64,000 nucleotides of DNA, from NCBI GenBank assembly GCA_951406725.2, contig OX597823.1, forward strand, positions 87,606,001 through 87,670,000, read 5' to 3'. Shown here in pieces: positions 1 through 15,094 of the stretch. How positions within the stretch are numbered: the stretch's first letter is position 1; each line of letters starts with the position of its first letter. The notes under the pieces were generated by a model that was not told the DNA's origin, searched no databases, and saw only the letters and a program-made list of their open reading frames with translations. Position numbers and translations under genes: made by a program. Origin of the DNA: Octopus vulgaris (Eukaryota).

Positions 1-312
1 TAAACCCAGTACTTATTCTATCGGTCTCTTTTGCCGAATCGCTAAGTGACGGGGACATAAACACACCAGCATCGGTTGTCAAGCGATGTTGGGAGGACAA
101 ACATACAAACATACACGCACACACATACTTATATATATATACATATATACGACGGGCTTCTTTCAGTTTCCGTCTACCAAATCCACTCACAAGGCTTTGG
201 TCGGCCCGAAGCTATAGTAGAAGACACTTTCCCAAGGTGTCAGGCAGTGGGACTGAACCCGGAACCATGTGATTGGTAAACAAGCTACTTACCACACAGC
301 CACTCCTGCGCC
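1..312 (-). mobile_element. tRNA-derived SINE, family A (3' part cut by window edge)
   Basis: Reverse complement of the 9004-9400 copy; pol III box A (TGGCTGTGTGG) and box B (GGTTCAGTCC) head at ~240-312; internal (CA)/(TA) microsatellite. Confidence 0.9.
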
Positions 313-357
313 TATATTAATTGTTATATATTAAGTCCTATATATTAATTGTTAACA

Positions 358-605
358 GTGTGGAGGCGCTGAGGTCCAGTGGTTAGGGCAGCGGACTCGC
401 GATCGTAAGATCACGATTTCGATTCACAGACCGGGCGTTGTGAGTGTTTATTGAGCAAAAATATCTAAAGCTCCACGATGTTCCGGCAGGCGCTAGTGGG
501 GCGAAACCAGCTGTACTCTTTTACCACAACTTTCTCTCACTCTTTCTCCCTTGTCATACTCTGTGTCATGCTGAATCTCCTCGAGAACTTCAGTAAGGTT
601 ACAGC
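358..605 (+). mobile_element. tRNA-derived SINE, family B (diverged, 3' truncated)
   Basis: Head GGAGGCGC..CCAGTGGTTAGGGCAGCGGACTCGCG shared with the 58698-59082 and 62433 copies. Confidence 0.8.
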
Positions 606-732
606 TGTCAAATTTATTTGTAGTTGCTGTTAGTAGTAATGCCTCTTAGCTTTGCTCATCAATTCGTCTTAGATTTATCATGATGCTTGATATTGGTGGC
701 TGATGTTATTACTTTCACTATTAGATGGTGTA

Positions 733-968
733 TATAGCAATCCCTCGACTATCATGGGTGTTACGTTCAAAAACCCCGCTATAAGTGAAAGTCCGTGAAG
801 TTGAAACAGTACTATATATATATATTTTTATTATTTTTATAAATTGTATATATTTATTTTATCATAAGTGCAAAACAACACCGTGAAGGTATCGGCGTAA
901 GGTTAAATAATAGACCGCGATATGTGAACTGCGATAGGTGAACCCCGATATGGCGAGGGATTGCTATA
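733..968. mobile_element. Tc1/mariner-superfamily (Tigger/pogo-like) MITE
   Basis: Terminal inverted repeats TATAGCAATCCCTCG (733) and CGAGGGATTGCTATA (ends 968), including the TA target; AT-rich non-coding interior. Confidence 0.7.
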
Positions 969-1202
969 CATATTTGAAGGTGTCGGCTTGTTTGCGAGTC
1001 TCTATATGTATGTGCGTGTGTTGGGCCTGAATTATGTGGGTGCTGAGTGGATGCATGAAAGTCTGGTAAAAATATGTTTGCATCAGAATAATCAGGCACG
1101 TCGACAGATAACACTGTTGGCGTTGTGAATTTGTGAGCACCGGAGGTTAACCTCGTCTCCTGCGCCACTCAAGCATTCGTTCATCTTTTACTTTTTATTG
1201 TC

Positions 1203-1589
1203 TACTTGCTTCAATCATTATAATACGGCCATGCTGGAGCACCGCCTTTTTAGTCGAAGGAATGAATCAACCCTAGTCCTTCAATTTTAAGTCTGGTACC
1301 TATTCTCCCGGTCTGTTTTCGCCGAGCCGCTAAGTTACGGAGATGCACACACAGACAGAATGACATACACGCACATACATACACACACACACACGCACAC
1401 ACTCATATATGTATATTTATATATAGGATGGGCTTCTTTCAGTTTCCGTCTACCCAATCCACTCACAAGGCTTTGGTCGGCCCGCAAATATAGTTGGAGA
1501 CACTTGCCCAAGCTGCCACGCAGTGGGACTGGACCAGGGACTATGTGGCTAGGAAGCAAGCTACTTACCACACATTCACGCCTGCGCCT
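1203..1589 (-). mobile_element. SINE family A, near full length
   Basis: Colinear with 9004-9400 in reverse complement. Confidence 0.9.
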
Positions 1590-2552
1590 GAGAAAAATAA
1601 TTAAGTTGATACAAACCACTTGGGAAGCCTTAAGGTTGATTGTGCTTTAAACGAAGGTTCTACATTAGCCATACACTGGATCACGATGACTCTGGCTAAG
1701 GTTTGTATGAAGAGAGCATGTGCATTGAGTGGAGTTATCTCTTTCCATTATAATTGAGTTTGTAGGAAGTCCAGCTAATTGAACGCCAGAATATTCATCA
1801 GCGAAACCATAAAAAGATCTGCTTGTTTGATTTAAGGACGTTGTGTACTATTGTATTTTGTATCAACGGATTAATTAAAATCGCACAAAGAGATATTTCG
1901 TCTTCTTGTCATAAAGAACATCTCTCTGTCATACACACACACTCTCACTCCCTCTCTCCGTCCTTTCTCTCTCTCTTCCTCTATCTCTCTTTCTTTCCCT
2001 CTCTCTCCCTCTTAAGTCGTAACAGATTTTTTTGTTCTGTTGCCAAAGTGGATTAAATATTTTCCATTTCTAATTCAACCGTAAACTTCTTGTCAAAAAA
2101 TTTACAAGCTGTATAAAACATTGATCTGTTTGTAAGATGACATACACAATTATTATCTCTCAAAAAATACACTTGGGAAAGTACAGTGAGTGTTATCTGA
2201 TCTGAAGAAAATATTGTAAGTCATTTTCGAGTATGTTAGATGCAATGTCGTGTGGTTCGTTGCTATCCATTTGCGAAACACCATTTTCACCGCTAAAAGA
2301 TTTTATGCTCATGCAGAGTTCGATAAATGCAAAGATTTAAAAACACAAAGAAAAAGTATTAGATACTTAATTTCAAACAGCATTAGATAGCATATTAAAG
2401 ATGAAACGTTAATAATTTTTAAATCAAAACATTCACACATCTAGAATTTGATTCTCTGCAAGGATCAAGAAATACAATTATGATTCACTACCCTTCATAT
2501 AGTAGATAGGCTATTCAATCAGGAGCATACATACACTCAATACAAAGTTTCG

Positions 2553-2599
2553 AATGTCATACACACGAACACACACACACACGCACACACGTATGTATG

Positions 2600-2633
<34 letters not shown>

Positions 2634-2750
2634 TGTATGTGTGTATGTATGTATGTATGTATATATGTTTGGATGCATGCATGTATATGCGTATGTGTAT
2701 ATATATGTGTGTGTGTGCGTATGTATGTGTGTATGCATATATCTATGTAT
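2553..2750. repeat. Compound (CA)n/(TATG)n microsatellite
   Basis: Directly visible tandem repeats. Confidence 0.95.
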
Positions 2751-3199
2751 ATCTGCGTTTCTGTTACTACATTCATAAGAAATCATGAAATATCGAAGCA
2801 CGTTCAATCAAGCAATATTCGTTATTAACTTTAAATTGTGATCAAATAGAAATAGAATACTTGCGAATACTCTTCAGATATATTATTTTATATTAATAGA
2901 TTTCTACCACAACAAAGAAGAGAAACTATCGAAATATAGAACTGTACAAGAGAGAAAAGCTGATAAATGTTTTCTTAGGTGTAATTGGGTGGTCAAGGCA
3001 AACCATGGCTGCTAGCTATGTGATGTAAATATTAAAGGACATTAATGATCTTTGATGTGTTGAAGGTCTATGATGTACCAAGAAACCATATTTAAAAGTT
3101 GATAATTTCGTATGGTTAGCATATTTACCTATAAGTCATACGCTAAAACGAAGTTAGATTATCGAAATCCACTTTCAGCTATACAGCATGGTTCTCATT

Positions 3200-4450
3200 G
3201 TGTCTTCACTTGAATTTAATAAGTTACCTGTACTAATGCACCTGAATACAACCCATAATGGTGAGGCAATTAGTATGTAACTTACGCATCGCCAGCTGAT
3301 AAATATGCCTCCAAAATACTTGATTTGCGATTTAGTTCTTTTAAAACCTCAATACAATTATTGTATTCCAGACTAAATAAGAATAAAAGCTTCTTGCTCC
3401 GAGAGCAATATGAATTTTTAACTTTCATTCTTATGGACATAAACTGCATCAGTTTAGTATGCAAGTTCAAGCGTTGATTGACATGCTGTTAATGGTTCGT
3501 AAAATCCAATGTGATGTCAGTATGACATTATATTGAATAACAAATTACAACCTTTCATTGAGAGAGTTCAAAAGCCTGTTTAATGTGCGTTTTGTTTAGG
3601 TATGGAAAAGTCTTTTTAGGTGCGATTTTGTGAATCTGCTCTGCTAAAAGAAAAGGACGAAATAATGAATATACTATGCAATAAAACCCTCAAATACCTT
3701 GGAAAGAAAGATATGGACGTTTCTAAGATAGTTTCATATAGTTTGACAAACACAGCGGTTATAATGAATGTACTTGTTTTGATGTTTGAAACAATTGTCA
3801 GAAGGGAAAATGAGATAAGAAGGCAATGGCTGGAGAGAAAATATTTCGATAGTGGAATTCAGAATGTTAAAATTTCAATCCAATAAAACAAGACAATATT
3901 TTGTTCACCTCACTTCATATGAAAATGGTTTTGTAGAACCGTTTGCTCAATCCGGCGTAGATAAACTTGATATCTTTCAAATATAAACGTGGAAAATTTA
4001 ATGTTTTTTTATCAACAGAAATTAATGAAGGGCGTGTTTGATGAGTTGAATGATAAAATCTTCCGTTCAAACTAATTCATTCATAAACGTAAAATTTCGG
4101 AAGGAAAAGGCTGGATGTCAGCGCAGTATTTGTGAAAAGCTCTTTGGAATGCAACGGGTTCAGGATTATGGTAAGTGATGAATAAGTTGATTTTCCCTTC
4201 AAGAAGTTATATGACAAGATTTATTTCTATCAATGTGGATTTCCTAAAATAAAAACATTTGAACTAGGCATTTAGAGAGAGAAAAAATGCCAAGGCAATC
4301 TTTCTATCTTTGCACAAAAGCTTCGGAAACCCGATAACTGGATTGGTTGAATACAAAGACAATAATAGTAGATCTCTTTAACGAATGCGGTAGCAAATCA
4401 TTATTATTTTCCTGTTGTTTCAAATCTTCCGGCGTTAAACTATCGTAAAA
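3200..4450 (+). mobile_element. Highly decayed hAT (Charlie/Buster-like) transposase relic
   Basis: Ordered motif remnants VRFV...RFCESAL...LKYLGKKDMDVSKIVS..TNTAVIM...IVRRENEI...KWF resemble hAT core motifs (VRF, LFC, S..TDGA.AM, HC.IHRE.L, RWLS); many stops; boundaries approximate. Confidence 0.4.
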
Positions 4451-6149
4451 CTTGATATTTGCTGGGTGATCGATGCATTTTGCCCAAAATATATTGTCTT
4501 GTATTAATTACTTGTGATATTTCATTGGTAGTTTATTGTTGGTTTTTCTTTGGTTCCTTACTGAAAAGTGCATGAAATCTACCTTTGTGCTAATTGTAAA
4601 AAGATAATCGTAAAATATACTCAATTTCCATAAATATATATTACCTATATGTAGGTGAAAACAGTTTGCTTATTCAGTGAGATAGATAAAGTAAAACGTC
4701 TATACCAGCTAATATATCAGATGAGGACTAAACTATAAAATGACTATATAAGTCATTATACTATGCAAATTTCGTTTAAATACTATATGAATTTCATTTG
4801 CATACACTTGTGAAAATTTGAATGTTCGTGTCTATAAAACATAATATGGTAAGTAAATTTGAAACACCGATTTGAAATCAGTGCATGATTAAATGAGACA
4901 GATACCTTATCTGCATTATTATATCTAAAGGTCAGCTCATAAAGTTTTCTTTTTAATGTGTAGATGCATTTATATTATTATATTATACTCGCCGTCAGTT
5001 CTCATTACGTTGATTCCTACCATAGATGTAGCTCTCTGAATGAAGTTTCAATTTTACTTTTTCTTATTGTACCCAATACATAATAATATTACATTACAAA
5101 CAGTGCTACTCTACTTTTGTCTCAAACACTGCGTCTTCTTATAGCCGTTTGAGCTCAGATTAACACTAATTGAAGTGATATATGTTTAAAGTAATCCCTA
5201 ACGGTATTGTGCATAGATTCCACATGCTCCGAGGTATTCGTCATGCTTTATGTTCAAGAATGTTTGATTTTCATTTCGAACAACTGGAGCAATCTCTAAG
5301 GTATGCCGACGTTGGCTCAGAAAAGCGATCTGGTTATTATGCATCATACGTTATATCAGACTGAACTAATACAATGCAATATAGATATTCTTTTATGTCG
5401 CATTTCTAAAATTAGTCTGTAGTGAAGTTCATTCGCGCCTAAATCGTTTTCACAAAGATTTGATCAAGCATTCATGATTCCTAAACGTGTCTCACTACGA
5501 ACAGTTATCGATAATACAGTAAAGTCAGGCAAAAACTTCTCAGTTCTCAAAATACAGAAACATGCTTCATTAAATGTCGACATTTTTAGTTCTAAATTAA
5601 ATGCATTACGTGAGGGAAAATTCTTAATTGAATTTCTTTTAGAAGCTAATTATTTTCTAAATATACTAATTGGATTGTATTAATTCGTGCGTGATAATAT
5701 TCCATATAAACGCGTAAGTCATCAGGTATATTTTCTGTAATCCGATGGTCATGTTGGCGGGAGTGAATTGTAACCCATTCGGGCTTTGACCACAGAAATT
5801 ATCCTATAATATATTAGATTAAGGTGGTAATAAACAATGTTTTTATATGGAGAAAGTAGCACCCATCTGTCTCCACCTTCATCCATATAGAATGCCGTTA
5901 AACATTTAGGAAAATTTACAATATATAAACAAAATAATTTGCCCTAATAATCTATTTTTTCGAAATTAATTATGCTAATACTGACTATCAATAGCTTATT
6001 AAATTTTTCATTGCGTATTTACCTTGTGATATTGCCCTTTACTTTCTGTATCAATATCACTGAGTCTATATATTTGGAATACCTTTATGCAGATCAGAAT
6101 GCAGAGAATTAAAGGTTTTATTTGAAGTACATCCAAGACGATATGGAGC

Positions 6150-6376
6150 GGCGAGCTGGCAGAAACGTTAGCACACCGGGCGAAATGCTTAGCGGTATTG
6201 CGTCTGTCGTTGCGTTCTGAGTTCAAATTCCGCCGAGATCGACTTTGCCTTTCATCCTTTCGGGGTCGATAAATTAAGTACCAGTTACGCACTGGGGTCG
6301 ATATAATCGACTTAATCCGTTTGTCTGTCCCTGTTTGTCCCCTCTATGTTTAGCCCCTTGTGGGCAATAAAGAAAC
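6150..6376 (+). mobile_element. tRNA-derived SINE, family C (Meta-domain-like core)
   Basis: GGCGAGCTGGCAGAA head, GAGTTCAAATT box B, core GCCTTTCATCCTTTCGGGGTCGATAAATTAAGTACCAG; flanking direct repeat CGATATGGAGC at 6139-6149 and 6377-6387. Confidence 0.9.
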
Positions 6377-8249
6377 CGATATGGAGCATTTACTGACCAA
6401 CAAGCTATTCCTCTCCTTATAAAGACTTCAAATCACCCCGACATTACATTGATACAAGTTAGATGGCCGTCAGTCAATGAGGAAACTCCTATCTTGTGGT
6501 ACTCTCTACAAAACGATGATATAAATAACCTCAGGTTTTGAAAATATAATAAATAAAATTTGATAAACCGAAAAGCGTAAGTATAATTATTTAGAATTAA
6601 ATTTTCAATCTAAAACATATGCTTAGGGAAAGGACAGCCTGATCTTACTTTGCCTGCATACAATCTTTCGGACATGTTTGAGGATAGCAAGTCTACTCAG
6701 TGCAGTATACTTGAAACAAGTTTGCATATAAAGGGATAGTTTTTGAAATACTGCACCTGAATTAGTTTGTAGCAGAAGGATTTGTATAACTAAAAATTAA
6801 ATGACCTTAATGCAAATAACTGAAATAGACCAATGTTATTCAGGTAATGCATTCCGTACGAAGTCATTTTCACTTCGTTGCAAATATTTTTTCACGTTTC
6901 CCAACAAGATGAGAAATAATGTTTTAAGAATTAAGAAATTTCCTAAATATATTTGCATGATTAGGGAAAAGAAAGTTTGAAACTTATTCGAAAAAGTCAA
7001 CGTTTGTATCGATCAGTTGAGCATACTTAGTATAGAACAATCTAGAAAAAAATCGAGTCGTTGGTTTATAGGCTTACTATGTTAATGAGGTTTAATGGAC
7101 CGACACAGGACTTTTATTGGTGTCTTACTTGCAAATAAAGATTACCTTCTCCCTTCTGTAAGCATATAAATAAATTTCAGAGGTATTTTCAGAAGTATTT
7201 TGTAATTCACTTTAATTACCTTAGAGTGTTGCTCAAAAGTGCTACTTAATTTTCTGATTTTATTATCAACTAAAATGAAAATTTTAATCAAATATTATTC
7301 GCCTACATCATTCATTACATTAACATTTAAGTTAATTATCTCCAATCATGTCATATATCCATTTCACTTCCCTCCATTTGCCGTAAAAGGAAAAATATAG
7401 CGGAGAGTGTAAGCTTACTTTGAACAAAAAATGTGGTGTTGATTATTTTTGTTAAAAATTAGCGTCATACATTTATTTGGTTAAATCTAACTTAGAAATA
7501 TAAGACTAGCACAATATTTACAATACGTTATCATATTTTTGTTGACAGTATTCCTTTCAGTAAACGAGGAGAAATTCTTGCTTCGATATGTGTGGGGGAA
7601 AAAATCATCTGTCACTTCAGAGAAATTATATTTCAATGTGTTAAGGATTCAACAAAGCCGACTGCAATCTTGCATTATGTTTTTATTAATTAATTAACTA
7701 CTATCGAATTTTCAAAAACGGTATTAAAAAAATAAATTATTTTTTAATACATCTTTATTATTTGCAATTATATTTTTTTTAAAGATAACTAATTTGGAAA
7801 TGTAAATTTGTCAGCTTGCGTTGGTTGATATGGACTTGATGCAAAGATCAACATGTCATATCTTAGCAATTGTAACCATAGAGTTAATTTTAAAAATTCC
7901 TCTCAAATGAAATGTCTCAGTTAACAGCTTTTATTCTCTTCTCGGTTTTCAAATCCAAGCATTGATGGTTAGAATTTTGTGTCTGAAATATTTTGTTGCT
8001 TTATTCCAAGTTGACCCCGATTCGCTAGGAGCTACGACTAAAATAATAAACAATCTATTGATTGCTAGCCATGAACAAGCTGTAGATTGCCACGGGATAC
8101 AATATCTGGAAGTGCATCTTCACATTTGTGATTTCGGGGCTATTTCAAGACGACCAAACTATCAGATATTCATGACCCTCGTTAGAAATGACCAAATATA
8201 TTCCTTCCACAAGTGTTTTCATTATATATCTTTTAATGAAATATATATC

Positions 8250-8503
8250 TTTTCTACTCTAGCCACAAGGCCCGAAATTTTGGGGAAGGGGGCCAGTCGA
8301 TTACATCGACCCCAGTACAAACAAGGGCATACAAACGGATAAAGTATATTACACCGACTCCAGTGCGTAACTGGTACTTAATTTATTGACCCTGAAAGGA
8401 TGAAAGGCAAAGTCGACCACGGCAGAATTTGAACTCAGAACGTAACGGCAGACGAAATACCGCTAAGCATTTTGCCCGGCGTGCTAACGTTTCTGCCAAC
8501 TCG
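8250..8503 (-). mobile_element. SINE family C
   Basis: Reverse complement of the family C head and core. Confidence 0.85.
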
Positions 8504-8539
8504 CATATATAGGTGTGCTTATATATGTGTATATATACA

Positions 8540-8590
<51 letters not shown>

Positions 8591-9003
8591 ATACATACAT
8601 ATATATAAGCATATCTATATAAATATTTTTATATAAATTCACAAACACATACATAAATGAATATACATATACACATATATATTTGTATGTGTATGTGTGT
8701 GTGTATGTGAGTTTATCGAGATAGTTAAAATTCGATAAGTTAAAGCAAACTAGTGCCTAATATTTCTTTTCTCAAAGCAAGTGTGTTGATCTTCCTTATC
8801 CTCCTTCATAATCCCTAAAATAAAAACGAGACTACTTGGGATGGTAACCATTTATAAAACTCATAACAGATGCAATCCAATATCTGAAACCGGCACAGGA
8901 CTTAAACAGTTTATAACTGTTTATTAAAGCTTATAACTGCTAGAACGGTTATGATTTATTGCAAATTCATGTTATCATTATATACTTTTTCTAAACATAG
9001 TTT

Positions 9004-9400
9004 AGGCGCAGGAGTGGCTGTGTGGTAAGTAGCTTGTTTACCAACCACATGGTTCCGGGTTCAGTCCCACTGCATGGCACCTTGAGCAAGTGTATTCTAC
9101 TATAGCCTCGGACCGACCAAAGCCTTGTGAGTGGATTTGGTAGACGGAAACTGAAAGAAGCCCGTCGTATATATGTATATATATGCGTGTGTGTGTTTGT
9201 GTGTCTGTGTTTGTCCCCCTAGCATTGCTTGACAACCGATGCTGGTGTGTTTACGTCCCCGTTACTTAGCGGTTCGGCAAAAAAAACCGATAGAATAAGT
9301 ACTGGGCTTACAAAAGAATAAGTCCCGGGGTCGAGTTGCTCGATTAAAGGTGGTGGTCCAGCATGGCCGCAGTCAAATGACTGAAACAAGTAAAAGAGAA
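9004..9400 (+). mobile_element. SINE family A, full length
   Basis: tRNA-like head with box A/B, CCTTGAGCAAG body, internal (GT)n, tail CCAGCATGGCCGCAGTCAAATGACTGAAACAAGTAAAAGAG. Confidence 0.92.
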
Positions 9401-11980
9401 AAAGAGTAATAGTTAAAGAAGCAATCATGTAAATTATCTGCAATGGAGATTAAATGATTTCGCAGTTACGTAGAATGCACACACTTTACACAATCTCACA
9501 AGCTCACAGACACAAATAGCTTGGTCTTATTTCAAAACAAATTAACGTATACAAAGGAAACGGTGGAAATACACCTGGAGACTATCAGAAGATTCATTAG
9601 CATTTATTTAATCCGTTTGTAATTTCTAAGATGTGACAAATTCCGAATAATTTCACGTCCTTCCTTTTTACGCTACCTTCGTGAACAATGAACTTTTGTA
9701 AACTCTTTTGTAGATGTATCATTTTAAAGACTTCGTATGCGCACTGGCACTAGCTCATATTAATATATTGACAATGTCATATATGCATAACTGAAGATTT
9801 CGAAAAGTATGGTGTTTGAGGGAACGAAATCAACCAGTTAATCCGTACATTGCGCGTGGAATTTGTAAATGAAACGGTAAGAAAATGCAGGCTTTGTCTC
9901 AAGTTTGAAATGAAAAGGAGCTTTGTATCTTTGTTAGAAACCTGGTCCTTACTTGCAGCAGTGCTTCAAATAATTAAATCCTGAAGAGAACATATATCCA
10001 TGTGCACATATCTACATCCGTAAGTACATATATGTATGTATGTGTGTATAGACATATACATACATATATAAATATGCATATCTATGGTAATGTAAAAGAA
10101 TTTACGGGGAAGGTGCAAAATTTATTCTATAGAGATGGACTTGGAAATAAAAAATTCTGAGGTAGTGTTTGTAACACTTGAATACATTAGATGTAGAAAT
10201 ATTATACCGTCAAATTTTCTTTGCCCAGATCTATTTCCTTTTGTCCTCCAAGATACTTAAACCAAATTTATTTTTTAAATACAAGAAAAAGATATCGATA
10301 CTTCTCTCTCTTTCCCTCTCTTTCTCCTTCTTTCCATCCATCTGTCTCTCAATCAATCTATCATTTTGTGTATCTGTTTGTGTATCTATCGACCCAGTTA
10401 TTCTTCTAAACCTCCCATTTTGTCACACACACCGACACAGACACGCACGCACACACATACACACACACAAGCATACGCACAAATACATACACATAGTGAG
10501 CGTCAGAGAGAGAGAGCGAGAGAGCGTATACATGTATATTAAAATATATTACATATATTCATATATATACACACTGTAAAGAAATGTGTATAGTTATATA
10601 AGTATTTATATGCATATGTGTACGTATGAATTCAAACATGTATTGAGAGAAAGTGTGTCTGTGGTAGAGAGACTACTTCACATAGAAATTATAGATACAC
10701 AATATCTATTGTTCCCTCACAGAAGTAGCCATTGTAATATTTTCAAATCTATAACGCAGACTCTTAATAATTCTAAATCTTTCCTGCATTAAAATCCTCG
10801 GGGCTTTAAGTACGGTTCTATTATTCGGTATAACAAAACTTCATTTTGTAATTAATGAATGAATCGCTGCTAATTGATGAGAGTTAATGAGATAATAATG
10901 TTCTTCTCTAACGTAGCCGTGTAGTTTGGAATAATTAGTTTCTAGTGCTATTCTTACAATAATGAATCAGTTTGTCTTAGCTTTATTCTCAGGAGCGGCG
11001 AGCAGTAGGCAGAGCGAGCTGATGAAGTAGATAAATTATTTGAGTCCACATTTATGAGGAGAAAAGTTGTTGATAATGGTGTTCTGCTTTTCAGCTCTAT
11101 TTGACACTGCTTTTTTGGAAACTTTGCATTAAATTCGCATCAGCTTTTACCATCGAGACTTTTATTTATGTTTAAATATTTTCTATCTAGGATTTTTTCA
11201 ACTGTTGAAGAGATATTATTCTTAATATTTGAAACTCAGTGTTGCACGCGATATAAAATTATATGGAAAAAGCTCAACATGGCTGATGCAAGGCTCGCGC
11301 CGCTTGGAAACAAAGGAATGTGTGTTCTTTTTCTCAAATATGGAAAATGATATAGAAAACTATTGCTCAATTTCTTTTGTTACTTCTACTGGTGTTTAGC
11401 AAAATTATAATTAATTCAACTCGATTTACACTTATTAGTGTGGCTTATCAAGCTCTTTAAAATTACATTTCTAATAATCGTAAGAGGCAACTAGGTAGTA
11501 ATCGAAATAGGTTTTCGGGCTGAATACAAATGTGAGTGAATTGCCTGCTATATCTAGTAGATAAGTGAACTACTAAAGACCCAGTCAATTTGTCGTAAAC
11601 TTAGTATGATGGAGGAAGTAAGATTGGAAAAGTATTGTTTGCCAGTGTTTGGGGGCAGATAACATTATTTCGTTTCAGTTCTGTTATCTGCCAGGAACAC
11701 GTTTCAGATTTTATTCAACCAGGTGTCACTGTCAACTAGTTTTACAAAGCTTTTAAAATTTGGATTTTCATTCATAAATTCATGTTTGGTCATCAAAAGA
11801 AATCTGCAGTGCGGCATATGCTGAAGTGTGAAGCAAAACTGTAAACTGATATAAAAAGGAAAATGTCGGAAAAAAGCATTATGCTTTTGCCTTGAGGCTG
11901 ACACTTTTAAAACTTTCACAGTGGCGTTTTCCATTTTCGTAAAATGATATTCTAGCTATCGGTACTTGCGTTTTAGTATA

Positions 11981-12212
11981 AGGCGTCGAGCTGGCAGAAA
12001 CCTTTGCACGCTGGGCGAAATACTTAGCGGTGTTTCCTCTGCCGTTACGTTGTGCGTTCAAATTCCGCCGTGGTCGGCTTAGCCTTTCATCCTTTTGGGG
12101 TCGATAAATTAAGTACCAGTTACGCACTGGGGTCGATGTAGTCCACTTAATACCTATGTCTGTCCTTGTTTGTCCCCTCTATGTTTAGCCCCTTGTGGGC
12201 AATAAAGAAGTA
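11981..12212 (+). mobile_element. SINE family C with 16-bp flanking direct repeat
   Basis: GGTACTTGCGTTTTAG at 11961-11976 and 12213-12228; family C head and core. Confidence 0.92.
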
Positions 12213-12971
12213 GGTACTTGCGTTTTAGCTATTCTCCTTCGGCTTTAATATTAAGGACGTTTGTCTCGTGTGTCTTATACAGAAAGAAACTGGGTTTACA
12301 TCTTTGCTAGTGAATTTATTATTACGAATTCACCTGAATAATTTCAACCATAGCCAGAGCACATAAGACAGAATCGAAACATGAAAGGAAATAAGTGTCT
12401 GAGTTTACAAATTTATCTTCTTTGTTTCTTTAATGGATCTAATTGTGACGCACAGATCACATTCCGTAATTTTAAAAATGATAAATCAAAATACGCGTTC
12501 TAGTATACATATTGTCATTCTCTTTTACAAACACAATCGCTGGCTTTGTCCTACCTTTTTTTCTTTTTTTTATCTCTTTGTTTTGCTCGTGTATCGTTAT
12601 CAAAAATTGTAATACGTAACAGTTCGGTTTCTCGAATATTCTTTTTATCGTTAGACAAATAGCCATATAAATGATTCCGATTTGCATTTGTTTCCGTTTC
12701 GTCAGTATTGTTCTCAATTATCCTTACTCTTGTTGCTAATGTTCTGTTCATTGTTGGATAAGTAAAACTCGGAGTATACAAAGTAGGGAACTTCTACTTC
12801 GAGAAAATAAATGGCTTTTGCAAGGTTAAGACTCTGTAGGGATGTTTTACATATTTGTCAAAAATAATCACATAGAACACACATACAGACACACACACGC
12901 ACGCACACAAGTAAATATATACTGTATGTGAGGACATACGAAAATACTTCTTATACATACATAAATGTTTC

Positions 12972-13016
12972 TATATATATATATATATATATACATATAT
13001 ATATACATATATATAT

Positions 13017-13080
<64 letters not shown>

Positions 13081-13142
13081 GTATGTATGTATATATATAC
13101 ATATATATATGTATATGTATGTATGTATATATATATATATAT

Positions 13143-13206
<64 letters not shown>
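12972..13206. repeat. (TA)n-dominated microsatellite
   Basis: Directly visible. Confidence 0.95.
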
Positions 13207-13211
<5 letters not shown>

Positions 13212-13826
13212 TTTTCAACTACTTATATGTGTGTTTCTCCCTCTCTGCGTGCCAGTATGCGTGTATTCACATACGCACACAAAAATGACACGGCAAAGTC
13301 TACACACAATTCTTCATAAACTTTCAGGACATATTTAAGAAGGAAACAAAAGACGAACAGCAGACAACATAAACTTTAAATAAATCAAACTAAAATATAG
13401 TTGTTCCGTCTGATTCGCGATTTCTCTTCTATGTCTGTTTTTTTTTTTTTTTTTAGTTCTCCATCTAGATGATATATAATTACATTATCGCTGCATAAAC
13501 CGTGGCCTATGTTGGAATTATTTTTCTAAATGGGTCACTGCGTCTTTTGGCTGCGAGTTAATGTAACTTGCAAAATGGAGAAAAACAGCTTCGAGGATAT
13601 ATTTGTTTGTTGGCTGTCTTTGAGGAAACCAGACGGAATTGTGTAGATATGTGCAAAACATGTTTGTTTATGTATGTATGCATGTAAGCGTGTATGTATA
13701 TATATGTATGGATAGATGGAGGGACGTATATAAATGTCTGTCTATCTGTTTTCGCATATATCTTTGTCTCCTTCTAAACATCTGTCTATGTGCATACATA
13801 TACACATATATACACATAGAAGCGCG

Positions 13827-13865
<39 letters not shown>

Positions 13866-13969
13866 GTATGCGTGTACGTATGTATGCATCTCTCCTCTAT
13901 CTATATGTGAATTGATGGAGACACTCATAAATATTAATTGTATATGTGTGTATGTATGCAACTATATTT

Positions 13970-14011
<42 letters not shown>

Positions 14012-14669
14012 CACAAACACGCACACACACGCACACACATATATATATATGTATGTATGCATCTCTCCCCATCTCCCTATATATATATATGGATGGAGAC
14101 ACTCATAAATATATTTTATATATGTGTATATGTATGCAAATATACTTACATATACATATATATACATATCACACAAACACGCACACACACATATACATTA
14201 TATACACACACAAATATGCGTAGGCGCTCAGAGACGCACGCTTATACACACACATGGTGAGCTCTGACAAATATACATACACATAAAAATCACGCATATA
14301 CAAACATTCGCATTCATATGAATAATCTCTTTTCTACAGAGCATTCTTACAATAGTTTGGACATTTAACCATTAACGTGTATACAGGTCATATGATTGCA
14401 ATCAAATTGAAAAGGAAAAGAGAATCAAATCAAATCAAATCCTTCCCTCAAGCAAATACAGTAATTAACGAGAAAGCATGTTTAATGTCTTGAAGAAAAC
14501 GTCTGACTGTGTGTTTTTCTTGGGTGAAATTTATATTCAGGTTTTACAAAGCTTAGTAGCCTATAACTTTTTTTTTTTAAACAAAAAAAAATTCTTTATT
14601 TGAATGTATATGCAGAAAAATAACAAACACACACACACATTCACACACACATATATATGATTTTATTAT

Positions 14670-14881
14670 TTTACTTGTTTCAGTAATTTCAGTAATTGGA
14701 GTGCAGCCATGATAAATCGACTCCGGGAACTTATTCTTTGTCACCCTAGTACTAATCCTAGTACTTATTCTATCGTTCATTTCTGCTGAATTGCTAAGCT
14801 ACGGGGACGTAAACACACTAATATCGGTTGTCAAGCGATGGTGGGGACAAACAGAGACACACTAATGCATATATATGTATA

Positions 14882-14935
<54 letters not shown>

Positions 14936-14937
14936 TG

Positions 14938-14981
<44 letters not shown>

Positions 14982-15092
14982 TATATAATGTGCTTCTTTC
15001 ACATATATATACATAATGTGCTTCTTTCAGTTTCCTTCTATCAAATCGACTTACACGGCCTTGCTCGGCCCGAGTCTATAGTAGAAAACACT
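14670..15092 (-). mobile_element. SINE family A lacking its head, abutting the LINE 3' end
   Basis: Tail and body match family A; the internal microsatellite is expanded (TA)n. Confidence 0.8.
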
Positions 15093-15094
15093 CT

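Noticed and set aside
9004-9075. tRNA-like box A/B sequences as tRNA genes
   Set aside because: They are SINE heads continuing into SINE bodies, with no complete cloverleaf or terminator
9038-9443. Recurring peptides such as YDGLLSVSVYQIHSQGFGR and MRNWYLIYRP
   Set aside because: They recur because they are read through SINE copies; there is no evidence of a protein family
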